Shown here in pieces: positions 1 to 13,063 of a stretch of DNA of 64,000 bases. Position 1 is the stretch's first letter. Every line of letters begins with the position of its first letter. The stretch comes from Lepidodermella squamata (Eukaryota > Animalia > Gastrotricha), in the NCBI GenBank assembly GCA_047495785.1, contig JBLDXI010000024.1:3658001-3722000 (forward strand), given 5' to 3'. The notes under the pieces are model-generated. The model did no database searches and had not been told where the DNA came from. It saw only the letters and a list, made by a program, of their open reading frames with translations. Position numbers and translations under genes: made by a program.

Positions 1-1308
1 GCACTCCGAGTGACTCTCTGAATCAGCGTTCCGGCTGTCTTTGGCTACAGTAACCACTTCGGGCTCTTTAGTGCCTTGCAGAAGCTTCAATAGCTTCGGA
101 TTTCGCGAGAATCCTTTCCTCCATCTTTCTTTTAAGGCTTTCGTACTTCGTTTTTGCAAAACAGGGTAGGCCGCTCGAATCTTTTGCCATTGGCGCCACG
201 CACCATACTTGTCAATGCCCATTTTGAGAGCGACAATTTCATCCATGGACCAAGTTCTCAATTTAACAGCTTTTCTGACGTCAGCCGGAGCAGTGCCGTT
301 GATTGAAAAACTAGAGTCTCTCAGCATAATATCCCACTGAGCACTGCACGAACCAATGCTTCGATTTTTCAAAACATCGTACGTTTCGATAATTCGCTGC
401 CAAAAGGGCCCCTTGAAGTGAGAATAGCCATCTTTAAGCGCTTGTCGCTCCTCGTCAGTCCACGACACGTTTCGAGTCTTATTGTCTACGGATGACATAT
501 TGCTGATCTCATCTTCATTAGGCAATGTTTCAGGAGAGCACTCCAAGTCACTCCCTTGGTAATTTCTTTTACAGTCATCCTTTACCGCAACCACTTCAGG
601 CTCTTCAGCGCCTTCTACAACCTTTAGCAGCTCGGAATCGCGAGAAATTATTGTCCTCCATTTGTCATATAGACTTTGAGCACTTCGATAGTGCAAAATG
701 GGATATGCCTCTCGAATCTTTTCCCACTGGCCCTGTGAACCGAACTTGTCCACGCCTTTTTTGAGAGTCACAATTTCACCCATGGACCATCTTTTGGTTT
801 TTTCGATACCAGCCGCTGCCAGGCCTTCGATTGAAACGTTAGCGTCCTTTGACATTTTTGACCATTGATCAGAGCATTGCTTCCAACTTCGATTTTTCAA
901 AACATCATACTCTTCAATGATTCGGTGCCAAAATGGCCCCTTGAAGCGAATATAGCCATCTTTTAGCGCCTGTCGTTGCTCATCAGTCCACGGCACGAGT
1001 CCCATCATAGACGCTACGGCTGATGAGTTGTCAAATTTACCATTAAGCAGGCTTTGTAGAGTTTCACTGTCAGAAATGCGTCTCCACACTGCTCTGATCT
1101 GTGAGCTATCGAGTTTTTGCAGAACAGGGTATGCAGCTTGAATTTTGGCTATTTCACGGAGTCCATACTTGTCAACGCCTTCCTTAATCGCGAGCAATTC
1201 CTCGAGTGTTCTCCTCGTTTTGCCAGTGTGGGGGGTTGATGTAGGCTTCACAGACTTCGCAGGCTCGGGCGAAACCAACGCACACGAATTCGTTAGAGCG
1301 TCATTTGT
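1..1308 (-). CDS. Myb/SANT-repeat exon with at least 5 repeats, paralogous to the last exon of the gene at 2029-3766; runs off the window edge
   Basis: Acceptor tttctgttctAG at 1309-1310, then an open frame to base 1 with repeats such as PWTDEQRQALKDGYIRFKGPFW, WSMGEIVTLKKGVDKFGSQGQWEKIREAYPILHYRSAQSLYDKWRT and PVLQKRSTKALKERWRK. Clear DNA similarity to 2240-3015. No SANTA exon of its own was found upstream. Confidence 0.75.
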
Positions 1309-2028
1309 CTAGAACAGAAATATACCAAGTGAGCAAAAATGATAGATTATTTGAATTTGCAAATGAATGAGGATGAACGTGGACAGTCGTCAAGGTCTCA
1401 GATTTTCGGATGCACCTCCGGTGAGTTTTTTTGATTACTCTTGTCGTCAATATTTAGGCTCGAGAAGCCAAGAGTTCCTGTTTTCCAAAACTCTAGGTCA
1501 AAATTAGCTCTTTCGCGCTGAACTGTATCATTGAAACCGTCTCAACGTGTTCCCGAGTGAACCTTGCGCTAATAAATCATCGCCTTTGAATAAAAAATTG
1601 AATAAAAAAATTCTTGATCTTCTAAATCTTTCTATGTTAAACGACGTTCGTTAATCAAATTTTGTGTAGAACTGATGAAATTATGTAAAAAAGAGCGAAG
1701 CATTTCCTTAATAAGCACACAACTTTTCCCCTTTTGCGTCAAATTTGTAAAAATGATTATGATGCGCCCTAACTTGACTCTTAATGAATTACTTAATGAC
1801 TTAATTCTGGACGACCCTCTCTACAGGCGGCGCTGGATCATCAAAAATCGGCGGCCTTTTCGCATTCTACGTCACGAGCATCTGACCCACCTACAAATCC
1901 TCTTACGAAGCGAGAGCCTTGTGATTGATATAATTAGAAATGTCGGATGTCGGATGTAGGATGTAGGAAGTCGAAAATGTCGGATGGAGTCCACCCAGCA
2001 AAATTTTATACACTCAACACGACGGCAT

Positions 2029-3766
2029 TTAAACAACAGGTAGTAAAACAGTTGGTTTGACTATTGTTGATTCATCAAATGACTTGGAGAAATAATCACA
2101 TCTATTAGAGAAAAGTTTCCATACCTCAGACGATTCAGGAGGTTGAAACGATGGTTCTAAAACGCTCGAGGTTCCACATTGAGGGGCCTGTTGTTGGCCA
2201 CGTTTGCGTGGCTTTTTCACTGCAATCTCAGGAGAGCACTCCGTGTCGCTTCCGGGATAAGTGTCTCCGATGTCATCAGTAACCGCGCCCATTTCAGGCT
2301 CTTCGGCGCGTTCCAATAGCTTCAATAGCTTCGGATTGCGCGATATTCCTCTTTTCCATTTTTCCTTTAGAACCTTCAAACTTCGTTTTTGCAAAATAGG
2401 ATAGGCCTCTCGAATCTGTCGCCAATGCTCCATCTCGCCAAAAATGTCGCCGCTCCCTTTGATAAAATTGTCCACACCGTTTTTGATAGCGACAAATTCA
2501 TCCATGGACCAAGTTTTCAGTCTAACAGCTTTTCTGACGTCAGCCAGGGCTAGGCCGTTTATTGAAATGTCAACGTCCTTCGACATTTTCAACCATTGCT
2601 CAGCGCACTCCTTGCTACTTCGATTTTTCAAAACATCGCACGCTTCAATGATTTGCTGCCAAAACGGCCCCTTGAAACGAGCAAAACCGTCTTTAAGCGC
2701 TTGCCGCTGCTCGTCAGTCCAGGGCTCGTATTGAGTCACATTTTTTACGAATGAAGAATTATTAAGAAGGCTTTGTAGGCCTTTGTCAATAGACATGCGT
2801 CTCCATGCACGCTGGATCTGTGAGCGATCGAGGTTTTGCAGAACAGGGTATGCCGCTTGAATTTTGGGTATTTCATCGATGCCGTACTTGTCAACGCCCT
2901 CTTTGATCGCGATAAATTCTTCGAGGGTTCTCTTCTTTCCACCAGTAGAAGGCTTCTCAGGCTGTCCTGGCTCGGGCGGGACAAACGGAAAAGAATTCGA
3001 CTGAGTGTCGTTTACCTGAAACAGAAAAATCAGTACAACGTGATGGTTTTAAAATTCCAAAAAGTATTTAGATCCAGATTTGCGATCTAACATTTTTCGA
3101 ATAGATATCACCAGAAATAAAGTTACCTCGAGGAAATCCTGCGATACCCTTTTTGGTAAAGGATTGCTTCGTATCAGCCATGGAAAGTTCGGACGGTTTT
3201 CTAACGAGCTTCCACAACTGGATGAGTCATCACTCATACTTTGTACCCTGATTATTCGAAGCCTCTTGCATCTGTCATCATGCTCGCGACTTTGAGCAGC
3301 TTCCCTCTTTTTCCGCAACCTAAGTAGCAATATTAATGTAAGTGATAATGGAATCAAAATGTCTTCAGCCTTACTCGGCTTCCTGTTCTTCGTAAGCTCT
3401 GCACGCCCTTAAAACTTCCTTTTCTAATTCGCTTTCCGTTTCTGGAGTAGGCGGGAGCTTTTCCAGTGTTTCGCGACAACGAGCCAGTTCATCTTTCACG
3501 AGATCCTGCCAGTTTTCAGGAAATCCCTTCGAAAACTGAGCGATAAACTCGGAGCTGAAGACTTTCGACATAACTGCACCATTTGACGGGCCGATTAAGT
3601 TGAGAATAGACCCGGAGCCTGTTTTGACAGAAGTCTCAGATAGCCGCTCTATAATCGGACTCGACGTAATAGCTATTCGGGTTTTCGTGTTGAGACCTGC
3701 GACTAAAATCGAGGTCATAGGGAAGTCTGGGACGAGAGACCAGTTGAGAATCGTCACAGCTGCCAT
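2029..3766 (-). CDS. Short KNL2/Mis18BP1-like protein: SANTA domain plus 3 Myb repeats (3 exons: ~3766-3375, ~3320-3127, 3015-2029)
   Basis: SANTA-like motif ILNW..SSPIIERL..VKTGSGSILNLIG..FSSEF..FSKGFPENW. Splice junctions are phase-compatible GT-AG. Three Myb repeats in the last exon. Confidence 0.8.
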
Positions 3767-4182
3767 AATCCCGGCTTTTCATAGTAAAACGCCTACATTT
3801 TTCAGATAATTCGATTTAAAAAAAGATTCTTCAGACAAGGAACAATTTTTCTCATTTTACAGCGAAAATATCTGCATTTTCCTCATCCAATCGAGTAAAA
3901 TCCTAAAAATGCTGGAAAATTCGAACAATTTGATTTTAGCGAATAAAACTAGGCCTCTTTTACTTCTGGCAATCTTGATCGAAATTGAGCAATTACGAAC
4001 AATCATCAACAATGATATAACGTAGTCATCCAGGAAATCGAATAGCCTCAATTACGGCCATTTATCCCATGAATTTCACAATGAAATAATAAGAATGCAG
4101 CATTGTAAAGGTGATAATTACGCCGAGAAAAAAATAGTACAAAACTGCTTGAAATAGTTGCGAAAAGATATTATAACAAAAA

Positions 4183-7100
4183 TTATTCATCATCGAAAGA
4201 TTCACTACTATAACCATTGGTACTTTTGTCGCCAGACAACGGGGCTCCGAGCATTTCAGCCGCGAAATCGTCGTCCTTCAGCATTCTCTCCCACATACGT
4301 CGACAAACTTTGCTAGCTCGGTGGGATAAAATGGGGAATTCTCGGCGTATCATAGCCCAATTCGCCATGCCGAATTTTTCTACGCCTTCCTTCAACGCTC
4401 GGCACTCTTCCGGCGTCCATTTTTGGTATTTCAGCGTTTTCTTCTGGTCTAATTCGTACAGGTGTGTCTTGCCCTCAGCGACAGCGAGAAATTTTAGAAG
4501 ACCATCGTTTTCGACGAGACGGCGATAAGCGGCTCGCATGGCTGAAAAGTCATGCTTAGCGAACACTTCAGGATAGGCTTTTTTAATTTTGAGCCATTGG
4601 CCTTCGCCAAACTGATCGACGCCTTCCTTCAGCTTTGAATAAGCTTCATAGCCCCAATCTTGGACTGGGACGATAACCATACCAGGTGATTGGCATGGCG
4701 CTGAAGTTTCAGGCCTGGGTGTTGCTATCGCATTTGTAGATGGTGTCTTTGACGGCGCCTAAAAACATCAGATAACAAATTGAAAAGCCGAACAAAGGTG
4801 AATTCAAAATATATTTTTCGACTTTCCCCAATTAAATAAAAATGGAAAACATGAAAAATTTAGGACAAAGCCCGGCACAATATTTTCGTGTTTTGCGATG
4901 GGGTAAATTGAAAAGAAATTCAATTTTTCAAGGAATTCGAACTATAGAAACTTAAGACTCACTTTACTCCTGCTTGAAGTCGCTTGCGGGGTTTCGCTAC
5001 TTGGAGTAGCTGCGGCTGGTCGGCTCTCGAAGCTTGCTGGCGCTTGAAAAAGGAACGAAGTGAAAGTCTTGACTAGACGAGCCCACACGTGGCTGATCAT
5101 GAGCGGCGTTCGCTCGTAAAGCAACGGATCCGATTCTCGAACTTTGTCCCACTGGCCCTCGCCAAACTGCTCGACACCCGCTTTAATCGCATCGTACTCT
5201 TCCTGCGTCCACGGCCGGAAAGATATTTTCCCGGTTAGCGGTGTTTTCGGTGCACTGGTTGGTGCCCTAAAATTGGAAGAAAATTAGATCTAGTACGAAT
5301 GAATTGGGAAGTTTGAACTCACAATGCTGGAGTTTTTGGTGTGTTAGCCGCGACACTCTTCCTTCTAATAATAAGGAAATATTCCCATAATATAGAAATT
5401 AAAAAATTGATATTTACCCTCTTTTGGCTGACGACGCATTCAAATTAGCCGGCAAAGCAGGTTGAGATGATTGTTTTTGCTTCAACTCATTGGCAACTAA
5501 CGATTTCCTAGCACTACTGGGCAGGCCAGTCTTCGATTTCTGGCGAATCATCACACGAATTTGAGAAAAATTGAAGCTAACACAAGTAAGCTCACCTTCT
5601 GATCGGGAGAATTCGACAGCTCAGTACTAGTAGAGCCTTTCCTCGCTCTTTTTCGAGACTTTGAAGCTGGAGCAACAATTTCCGTTGGTTCCAGATCAGG
5701 CGAATCGGGTATTTCAATTGTCTTAAAGAATTGCTTCATTTAATTTTATCATTTTGAACTGATCTATCTTACCTCAGGTTCTTGAACCAATCGAACAGGA
5801 GATCGACGTCGGGTCCTACGTTTCGATGATTCCACTGCAGTCGTTTCGACAGCCTCCTCTGGTACCTGTCCATGGAAATTCGAAGGCAACATTTTAGCAT
5901 TAAATCACTTTTCAAGCTCGATGATTATTACCGACTGTGGAATTTCAGGGGGTGCGGACTCTTGACGAGACTCTTCATGAAATTGCACTGAATTAGGTGC
6001 ATCCTTCGGGAAAAAGTAGAAGTCAACATTAGTAATTTTTTAGGTCTTATAGCTTACATCAGGTGCATGAGATCGGCGAGATTTTTTGCTTTTAGATTTA
6101 CGAGAAATGGTTTCATCAGTTGGTGGTTCAGAATCCGTCTAGAAGGAAAGAATGAAAATATAGGTAGGCTTTCGATTGGTTTCAACAAACCGGAACAGCT
6201 ACCACCTCGTTCGAAACAGGCGTGATTTCATTGTTAGATTCAATTACGGGGGGTTCCTAAGATTAAAAAAACCGCATTCAATGTCATCAAATTCGAATAA
6301 ACAATTGGTAAATTTTCAAGTCGGTCCCATCCAAAAAATAACGAAATATACCTCTGATGCCTGAAGAGATCGACGCGATCGACCCCGCGTCCGAACTGTA
6401 ACAGTTTCAGCCACTGCGGTCGACTCTTTTTCCTCCATCGACTTGGCCTGTCCCTGACATAAGAAAGAATTAATGAAATGAGGGAACTTCTGAAACATCA
6501 CTAACCGATTCAGTTATTGATAAAATATGTGTTTGAGGAATTTCGTCACAGTTTTCAACCTCTGCATTGCGATTTTTTGTTTTCTTGGCCCGGCTAGTTC
6601 GAGACCGGCCCCGGCGATCAGATTGAACAGTTGGTTCGCCAGTTCCAACCTCCATCGAGATTCCGTTGGATTCTGCCACATTTTGGTCGACAACCTATCG
6701 AGAAAATAATAAAAAGTAATTGCTTCGATTTAATCAAAAATAAAGCGAACCGGGTGTTCGATGACATTGGTGATTACCTCCGGCTCCTTTGTCACCAGGT
6801 CATGTGAGTCGGATGCAACATCTTCCGCCGAGTCCTCCTATTATAGCTAGATGAAAAGTCATCGCATTTAAATTTTCGATCAGTACCTTTCGAGATTTTC
6901 TCTTGCGACGCTTTTTCGAGCCCTCCGTAACCGTAGAATCTAACATTTCTGTCGATTCTTCTGCAACCTTAGTGAGAAGTAGTAAATTATATAATTTTAT
7001 AGGGATTTATATAACTGCGCTTACGACAATCGAAAATCCGGCTGATTCAGTGTCCAAAACTGATAATCGCTAATTTTTGTGAAAAATTCCGCAATGATGG

Positions 7101-10100
7101 AAAAATATATAGGTATAAAAATCAAAGACTTACCTCTGCCTCAGCTTCAGCTTCATCGGGATGTTCCTGATTTACTAAAGTGCTACATTCCTCCGAGTAG
7201 TTCTTGGCTCGGCGATTTCGAGACCTCCTCCTACGATCAGATTTGGCAGTTGTTTCGCTAGGTATCTCCATCGAAGGTTCGTTGGATTCCGCCAGATTTT
7301 GGTCGACAGTCTGTAGAAAAACAATAAACCCTGAATGCTTCAAATAAATCAAAAACAAAGCAAACTGGATATTCGATGTCATCAGAAATTGTTTTCCGCT
7401 CATTTCTCACCAAATCCTGTGGGTCGGATAAAACGTTTTCCGCTGGTTCCTGTTGTTAAAAAGTTGAAATTAAAATAAACCTCACGTAAGTTTTCAGGTA
7501 GTTACATTTTGATATTTCCTCTTCCGACGCTTTTTGGAGCTTTCAGCCACGGTAGAATCCGAAGTTTCTGACGGACGGTCCGCAGCCTGAGTGAAAGTCA
7601 ATGAAAATAAATAGGTTCATTCGTAACATGTAACTAAGCTTACGGCAATCGAAAATCTGTCAGGTTCTGAGTCCACAGCTGATACTGGCTAATTTTAGAT
7701 TAAAATTCCGAAATGAAGGAAAAATAATATAAAAATCGAAGACTTACCTCTGCCTCAGGAATTTCCTGGTTCAGTAGATAACCAGATTCCTCAATGGTCT
7801 TAGACCCCTTTTTACGATCAGATTTAGCAGTTGTTTCGCTAGGGCCTATTTCCATCGAAGCTTCCTTCGATTCCGTTAGATTCTGGTCTACAGACTATAG
7901 GAAAAAAACAATAAAAGTTTATTGCTATATTAATCAAAAATAAAGCAAACAGGATGTTCGATGACTGTTTCCGCCTCATTTCCCACCAAATCAAGCAAGT
8001 CAGATGCAACATGATCGGCCAGTTCCTGCTGTTAAAGGCATGATAATAATTCTATTAACGTAGATTTTCAGGTAGTTACATTCTGATGTTTCGTCTTCCG
8101 CCGCTTTTTCGAGCCTTCAGCCACGGTAGAATCAACCATTTCTGGCGGTAGATCCGCATCCTGAGTGAAAATTGGGGAAATGGAATAGGTTTATTCGTAA
8201 TATTGTAACCAAGCTTACAGCAGTCGAAAATTCGGTGTCTATTGCTGGCTAAAAACCAAAAAATTACAGAATAAAGGGACATTTAAAAAATCAGGGACAT
8301 ACCGCTGTCACAGTTTCGTCAGAATTTTCATGGCTCATTACAGGGCCGGATTCCTCAACAGTCAATTCGCACTGGATATCTTCGGCGCAAATATCGGAAA
8401 CCTCATTCTCAACTGCTTTATCGGTTGTCTGAGGAGATTCTTCTGGAACTGTGAGCGCAGGCACGGGCTCGCATGATCCAACAGTTTCGGGCAATTCCTA
8501 TTGAATTGATTTTTTCCAAGTTTTTCGAACAAGAACTAATAGGTTTCATACCGTTTCAATTATAGTTTCGAATTGTTGAGGATCTGTCTGTTCAAGTTCG
8601 TCAAGTTCAGAGGTTTCCTTTGCATCAACATCGGCAGGGGCAGATTTCTTGGCTCTTCTCGAGCGAGATCGCGAAGAAGCTCGGTCTTTTTTCGAGACTT
8701 GCTGCTCGATATTTGATAATAGCATTTCGCCCTCAGGCTAGAATTTTTTAATTATTTTCAAATTGTAAGATAAATAATATATGGTATTGATATTTACCTC
8801 TTCCACTATTCCGACGTTACAAACAGGAACGACTTCATTCGGCCGACTTTCTTCCGCATCCTTTGATAGTAGATTTACCGCGTCCTGTAAAAATAGCCCC
8901 ATCGAATCCTATCCAACCTTAAAAAGAATTCAACTCACCTTTTGAGATATTCTACTAGCATTCGAAGTAGATCGGTCACGGGTTCGAATTTGGGGTTCAG
9001 CTGTGGTTTGAACTTGATTTGTGTTTTCGGCTTGCATTTCGCTTTGAGAAGGTTCGGTTTGAAAAGTGCTAGGCTCGAGTATCGACCCTGGCTCTGTTTC
9101 GGGCGGCCTATCCTCGGTTGTACCAGTCGGTTCTGCAGGCTGTTCATTGGACCCCACGGGATCAGGTGGTTTTTGCGAATCCTAAAAAATAACATTAAAT
9201 TACAAAAATAGAAAAAAACACATTTATTAGCATTCCATCGCTGAGAAATCTTAAGCTTAAAAAAAACAGATTTTTCCGATTATAGATGATAATTACGAGT
9301 CATACCTTGGTCGGGCGTAATTTTGAACGTTTTACCAAATGTTTTCTTTTAGCCTTTGATTTCTCCGAGTGATCTAAAACATCTGGTTCCATAGATGAAT
9401 GATCCTGAATCTATCGAATAGATACATAGAAAAAATAACAGGAAATTAAAGCCAAAATACCTCATCGTGGTTGTCCTCGATTTGACTATTATTCACGTCC
9501 TCTTCATCGTCTTTCTCATTAGCCTTGATCTTAAACAGTTTCAAATTTAGCAAAAATATAAAATTAATAAAATTTGTAATTACATTCAAAGCCGATTTCT
9601 TGAATTTAGACTTGCGCCGGGTGGCCGGAGGAGAGCCATCAGCGCTAAAATTCTTGTTGAATGAAGAGGAAGGGTTCAAAAGTGACGCTACAAACTGTTC
9701 GTCAGGCTTTCTAATGCGAACAACTGGTATCATGCCCAATTTCCGCAACATGGAGTTATGAGACACCTGAAAAAATCACATATTACTCCGTCATTTCCGG
9801 AAAATTTAGTGGTTCGAACCGCAATTTCGGGACTGGCAAAAGGTTCGGTTGATTTTGTGTCCAAAGGTGATGAATCAGCTTTGTGTAACGTAAGGAAAAA
9901 CCCAACAGCCGGCGAGCCCGTTTTTATTACTGGCGAAGATTTCTCTGCAACGGGCGATTCTTCGTTACAAACGGCAATCATGCCCATTTTCGACAATGAG
10001 ATTGAGGCAGGTGCTTGCTGCTCAACTTCGCCCATTTCCTCATTACCCATCCCGTCCTGGTCATTTTGATTGGGTGAGTTCGAGCTTGAATGAGCCCCAC

Positions 10101-13063
10101 TGTCTTCAACTCGGAAAGAGTTGATTGACACCCTTTCATCTGAATTCGAAACCTAAAAAAGAAATCGATAATCGGATGAAATTATAGTAAATTATTCACG
10201 AACAATAATTACCGCTTGAGAGGAAAATTCAGGGACATTACTGCTTTCTTCGGACAAATAAAGCGGTTCGTCGTTCGAAATAGCTGATGATATTCTCGAG
10301 TCGTTAATAAAGGCTGAGCTAACTTCGAACGAGCCTTTGTCGAAGCTTTTAAATCGCTTGCCTAGTTGTTTTTGAGGCGATTTATGGCTCGAAAAGTCGT
10401 TATCAGACTGAAAAGGGAGAGAGGTGATGATATTTAGTCTTGAAAATCTGGCCTACCTTTGCTCTTCGGTTGAGTTTTTTCAAGGCCAGTAAAGTATCGC
10501 GGTCGTCATCGAAGTTCAATTCAGGAATTTTTCTCGCATCAGCATTCAGATCTTCAACTAGCTTTCCGAGGATTTCCATCTCAAAAGCAACATCTGGAGA
10601 ATTTTCTGAGCTGTCTGTGCTATCGGTTTCGCGAACCTATAAATTTTTAAGAATTCTTCCTCATATCTAAATGTCGTAAAATCCGCGCCCAACCTGGTTT
10701 GATTGCTGCGTGAAAGCTGATTCGGCCATGGAGGGTGACTCATCCTCGCTATCAGACATCAGCAAATCAGACAAAGTGCGCAATGTACGAGCGGATGATT
10801 CCGCTTCGTGCAAACTTTTCGCCGGCGCTTTCTCCTCGTTCAGTGAGTTTTTAACAGGCTTTGACATCGCAAAATAATGATTTTATTAATTCTTCCTGAA
10901 AATATTTTATCAATTACCTCAACGGGTAAATCCGACAGTTCAACACTTGAGCGTCTCTCATACGTCTTGGCTGGCTTTTTACAGCTTGGAAGCTATAAAA
11001 TGGGAAAATTCGGACTATGATTAAAGTGTGGTTTGCCTCCAAATTACCGGTAGATTGCGCTGCGGCTCAGGAGGCGTGCGAGGTCTCAAGATCGATTCAG
11101 CAAGTTTTTTGAAAGATACATCAACCAGGTGAATATAAGCGGGCTTAAAAAGTGAGTCGCAGGATTCGGTTGATTGTGAATTGCTCGGTCCAGATTGATG
11201 AATGTTCCGTCTGTTGTTTGATTTCGATTCAACTGATGAAATCTTTGAGGAAGGGTTCGCACTCCAGTCATTTTTTGGAGTCCAATTTTGGCTTTTTTTT
11301 GTTTCTTCTGAAATAGGAGATTTAGCGCGATTTTGGCCATTTTCAGCCGAAGAGCTGCTCGTGTCCAAAACAGCCGAGTCCGATTTTTCAGTCGATGATG
11401 TTTTATCTGCCTTCGATTTAATACGAGTCGGGTTTTGAGAGCTTGATACGGGACGATCTTCCCTCGCTTTGACATTTTCGACTGGACGAATAGGTTGCTT
11501 ATCGATAACCTCATCTTCTTGGATCGGAGATTCAGCTCTAGTTTCTATTTGAGAACTCTCAGATTCCGTCGTTTTATCTTGAAAAAGATGGTTAACACCA
11601 GGCAATCTCATCACGCCTCTGCGTGGCGGGCCCTTCCGGGCACTTTCTTGATGCTCGTGACTGATAACGTCACATGCAATTGACTCCGCGTTGTCTTTGA
11701 TGTCTTTTTTCTCCGATGAAGTTTGTCCTTCAAATTCCTGATTGACCTCCTGGCTGCTATCGTCTGCGTTTTCCTCAACGCAGGAAGACTGTGGAATCTC
11801 AGTTTCGAGATTGATATTGTCAGAAGCAACCGACTCCATGCGATCTTCTGATGATTTTTTCTTATCCAATACCTGGATGAAACCAGGGTTGTCTTCTCCT
11901 TTCTCAACGCTAGCAGACTGTGACACCTCGATTTCAGCGGGATTATTTGACGCAAGCTCCGGTACGATGAGAATTTCATCATTTTGCTCGATCATTACTT
12001 GGTCAACGGCGACCTCCATAGGGCAGCTAAGAAATAAAGCAATAATTACTTATAATAGAACCGCAGTCCTCAGGAATAATTTACGATTCTGCCTCGGGTA
12101 TAACATCGTCTCCGCCCGTCAAGTTGGTATGAGGCGCTGAAACAGGAGATTCGTCAGAGGAATCATCGGACGACAGTGTCTGAGAAATGGACAATGGGAA
12201 CATAGCACTAGTACTAGTAAACTGTTTACCTGGTATGTTCGCCTTCGAGACGTCAGCCCAGCAGGCTTCTCTGAGGAAGATTTGGATGAAAGCTTTTCAA
12301 GGGTTTGTAAAACAGGACCGAGAACACTAGCCCGACGTTTTGCGAGATCATTGTCTGATGACGACTCGGCACTTTTACATGAAACTTTAATCTGAGATTT
12401 GCTTTTTCTACTCGTCTGTTTCGGCGATTTTTCATCAGCTTTTTTACTTGACTTCACCCTGTTGTCAAACATTTTCAGTTATTTTCAGTCAATTTTTTTA
12501 CGATAAATCTTACCGCCTCTGTTTGGGAGAAGCCGGATCCGACGAACGCATGGAAGAGGTCCGATGTGGGCTGATCTGCGTGGTATGATCAAGCAATGTT
12601 TCAGATCTGAAAGATAATGGAATAAGGCATTGGCGTGCCTTGCGTGCAGCTCAAACCTTGAAATATTAGTTGAAGTACTTCTAGGTGGCAACGAATCGCT
12701 GCTATTCGAGGTGGCTGACTGTTTAAAGGAGATTGCTAAAGATTCGTCGATTTGATTGTTTCCGGACTCTCTCAACCTAGCAAGCTCTTCCTTGACGAGA
12801 CTATGCCAGTTTTCAGGAAACCCAGTCTTGAATTTTTGAACGAATTCTTCGCTGAAAGCCTTCCGCATCTCTTCCAATCGGGGAGGTCCAACAAGATGAA
12901 CTGAGGCACCGGACCTTGTCTCAACATAAAAGTTGCTTGATCGATCAACGATAGGACTTGTTCTAACCAACACCCTGGTTTTGGCGTTGAGCCCGCATAT
13001 GATAACAAAAATACAGCTCTCATCCGGCTGCAGACGCCAGTTGAGAATCTCTGCGGTAACCAT
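4183..13063 (-). CDS. knl-2: Long KNL2/Mis18BP1-like protein: N-terminal SANTA, very long low-complexity S/E/K/R/T/P middle encoded by many small exons, 3 C-terminal Myb repeats
   Basis: SANTA-like ILNW..TSPIVDR..VETRSGASVHLVG..FSEEF..FKTGFPENW (12770-13063). Myb repeats PWTQEEYDAIKAGVEQFGEGQW (~5070-5220), WGYEAYSKLKEGVDQFGEGQW and KWTPEECRALKEGVEKFGMANW (4270-4660). Continuous chain of same-strand GT-AG exons between them; not every junction was verified. Confidence 0.7.
6640..8260 (-). repeat. About 3 tandem copies (period ~600 bp) of a multi-exon/intron module inside the long KNL2-like gene
   Basis: Marker aatcaaaaa(t/c)aaagc at ~6732, 7348 and 7932; marker ca(a/g)tcgaaaat at ~7027, 7646 and 8221; ccacggtagaatc recurs at ~7547 and 8121, with a variant near 6930. 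Confidence 0.8.

Noticed and set aside
540-600. Suspected frameshift in the left Myb exon, since it is absent from the ORF track
   Set aside because: Recounting gives DDCKRNYQGSD in frame. The ORF is probably unlisted because it has no stop inside the window.
1938-1990. Short ATGT(C/A)GG heptamer run
   Set aside because: Only a few degenerate copies; ordinary simple repeat and not a telomeric motif.
4183-13063. CENP-C-like (CENPC-k) motif in the KNL2-like proteins
   Set aside because: No convincing R-x-x-R..P..(Y/F)W motif was seen in the exons I translated, so it is not claimed.
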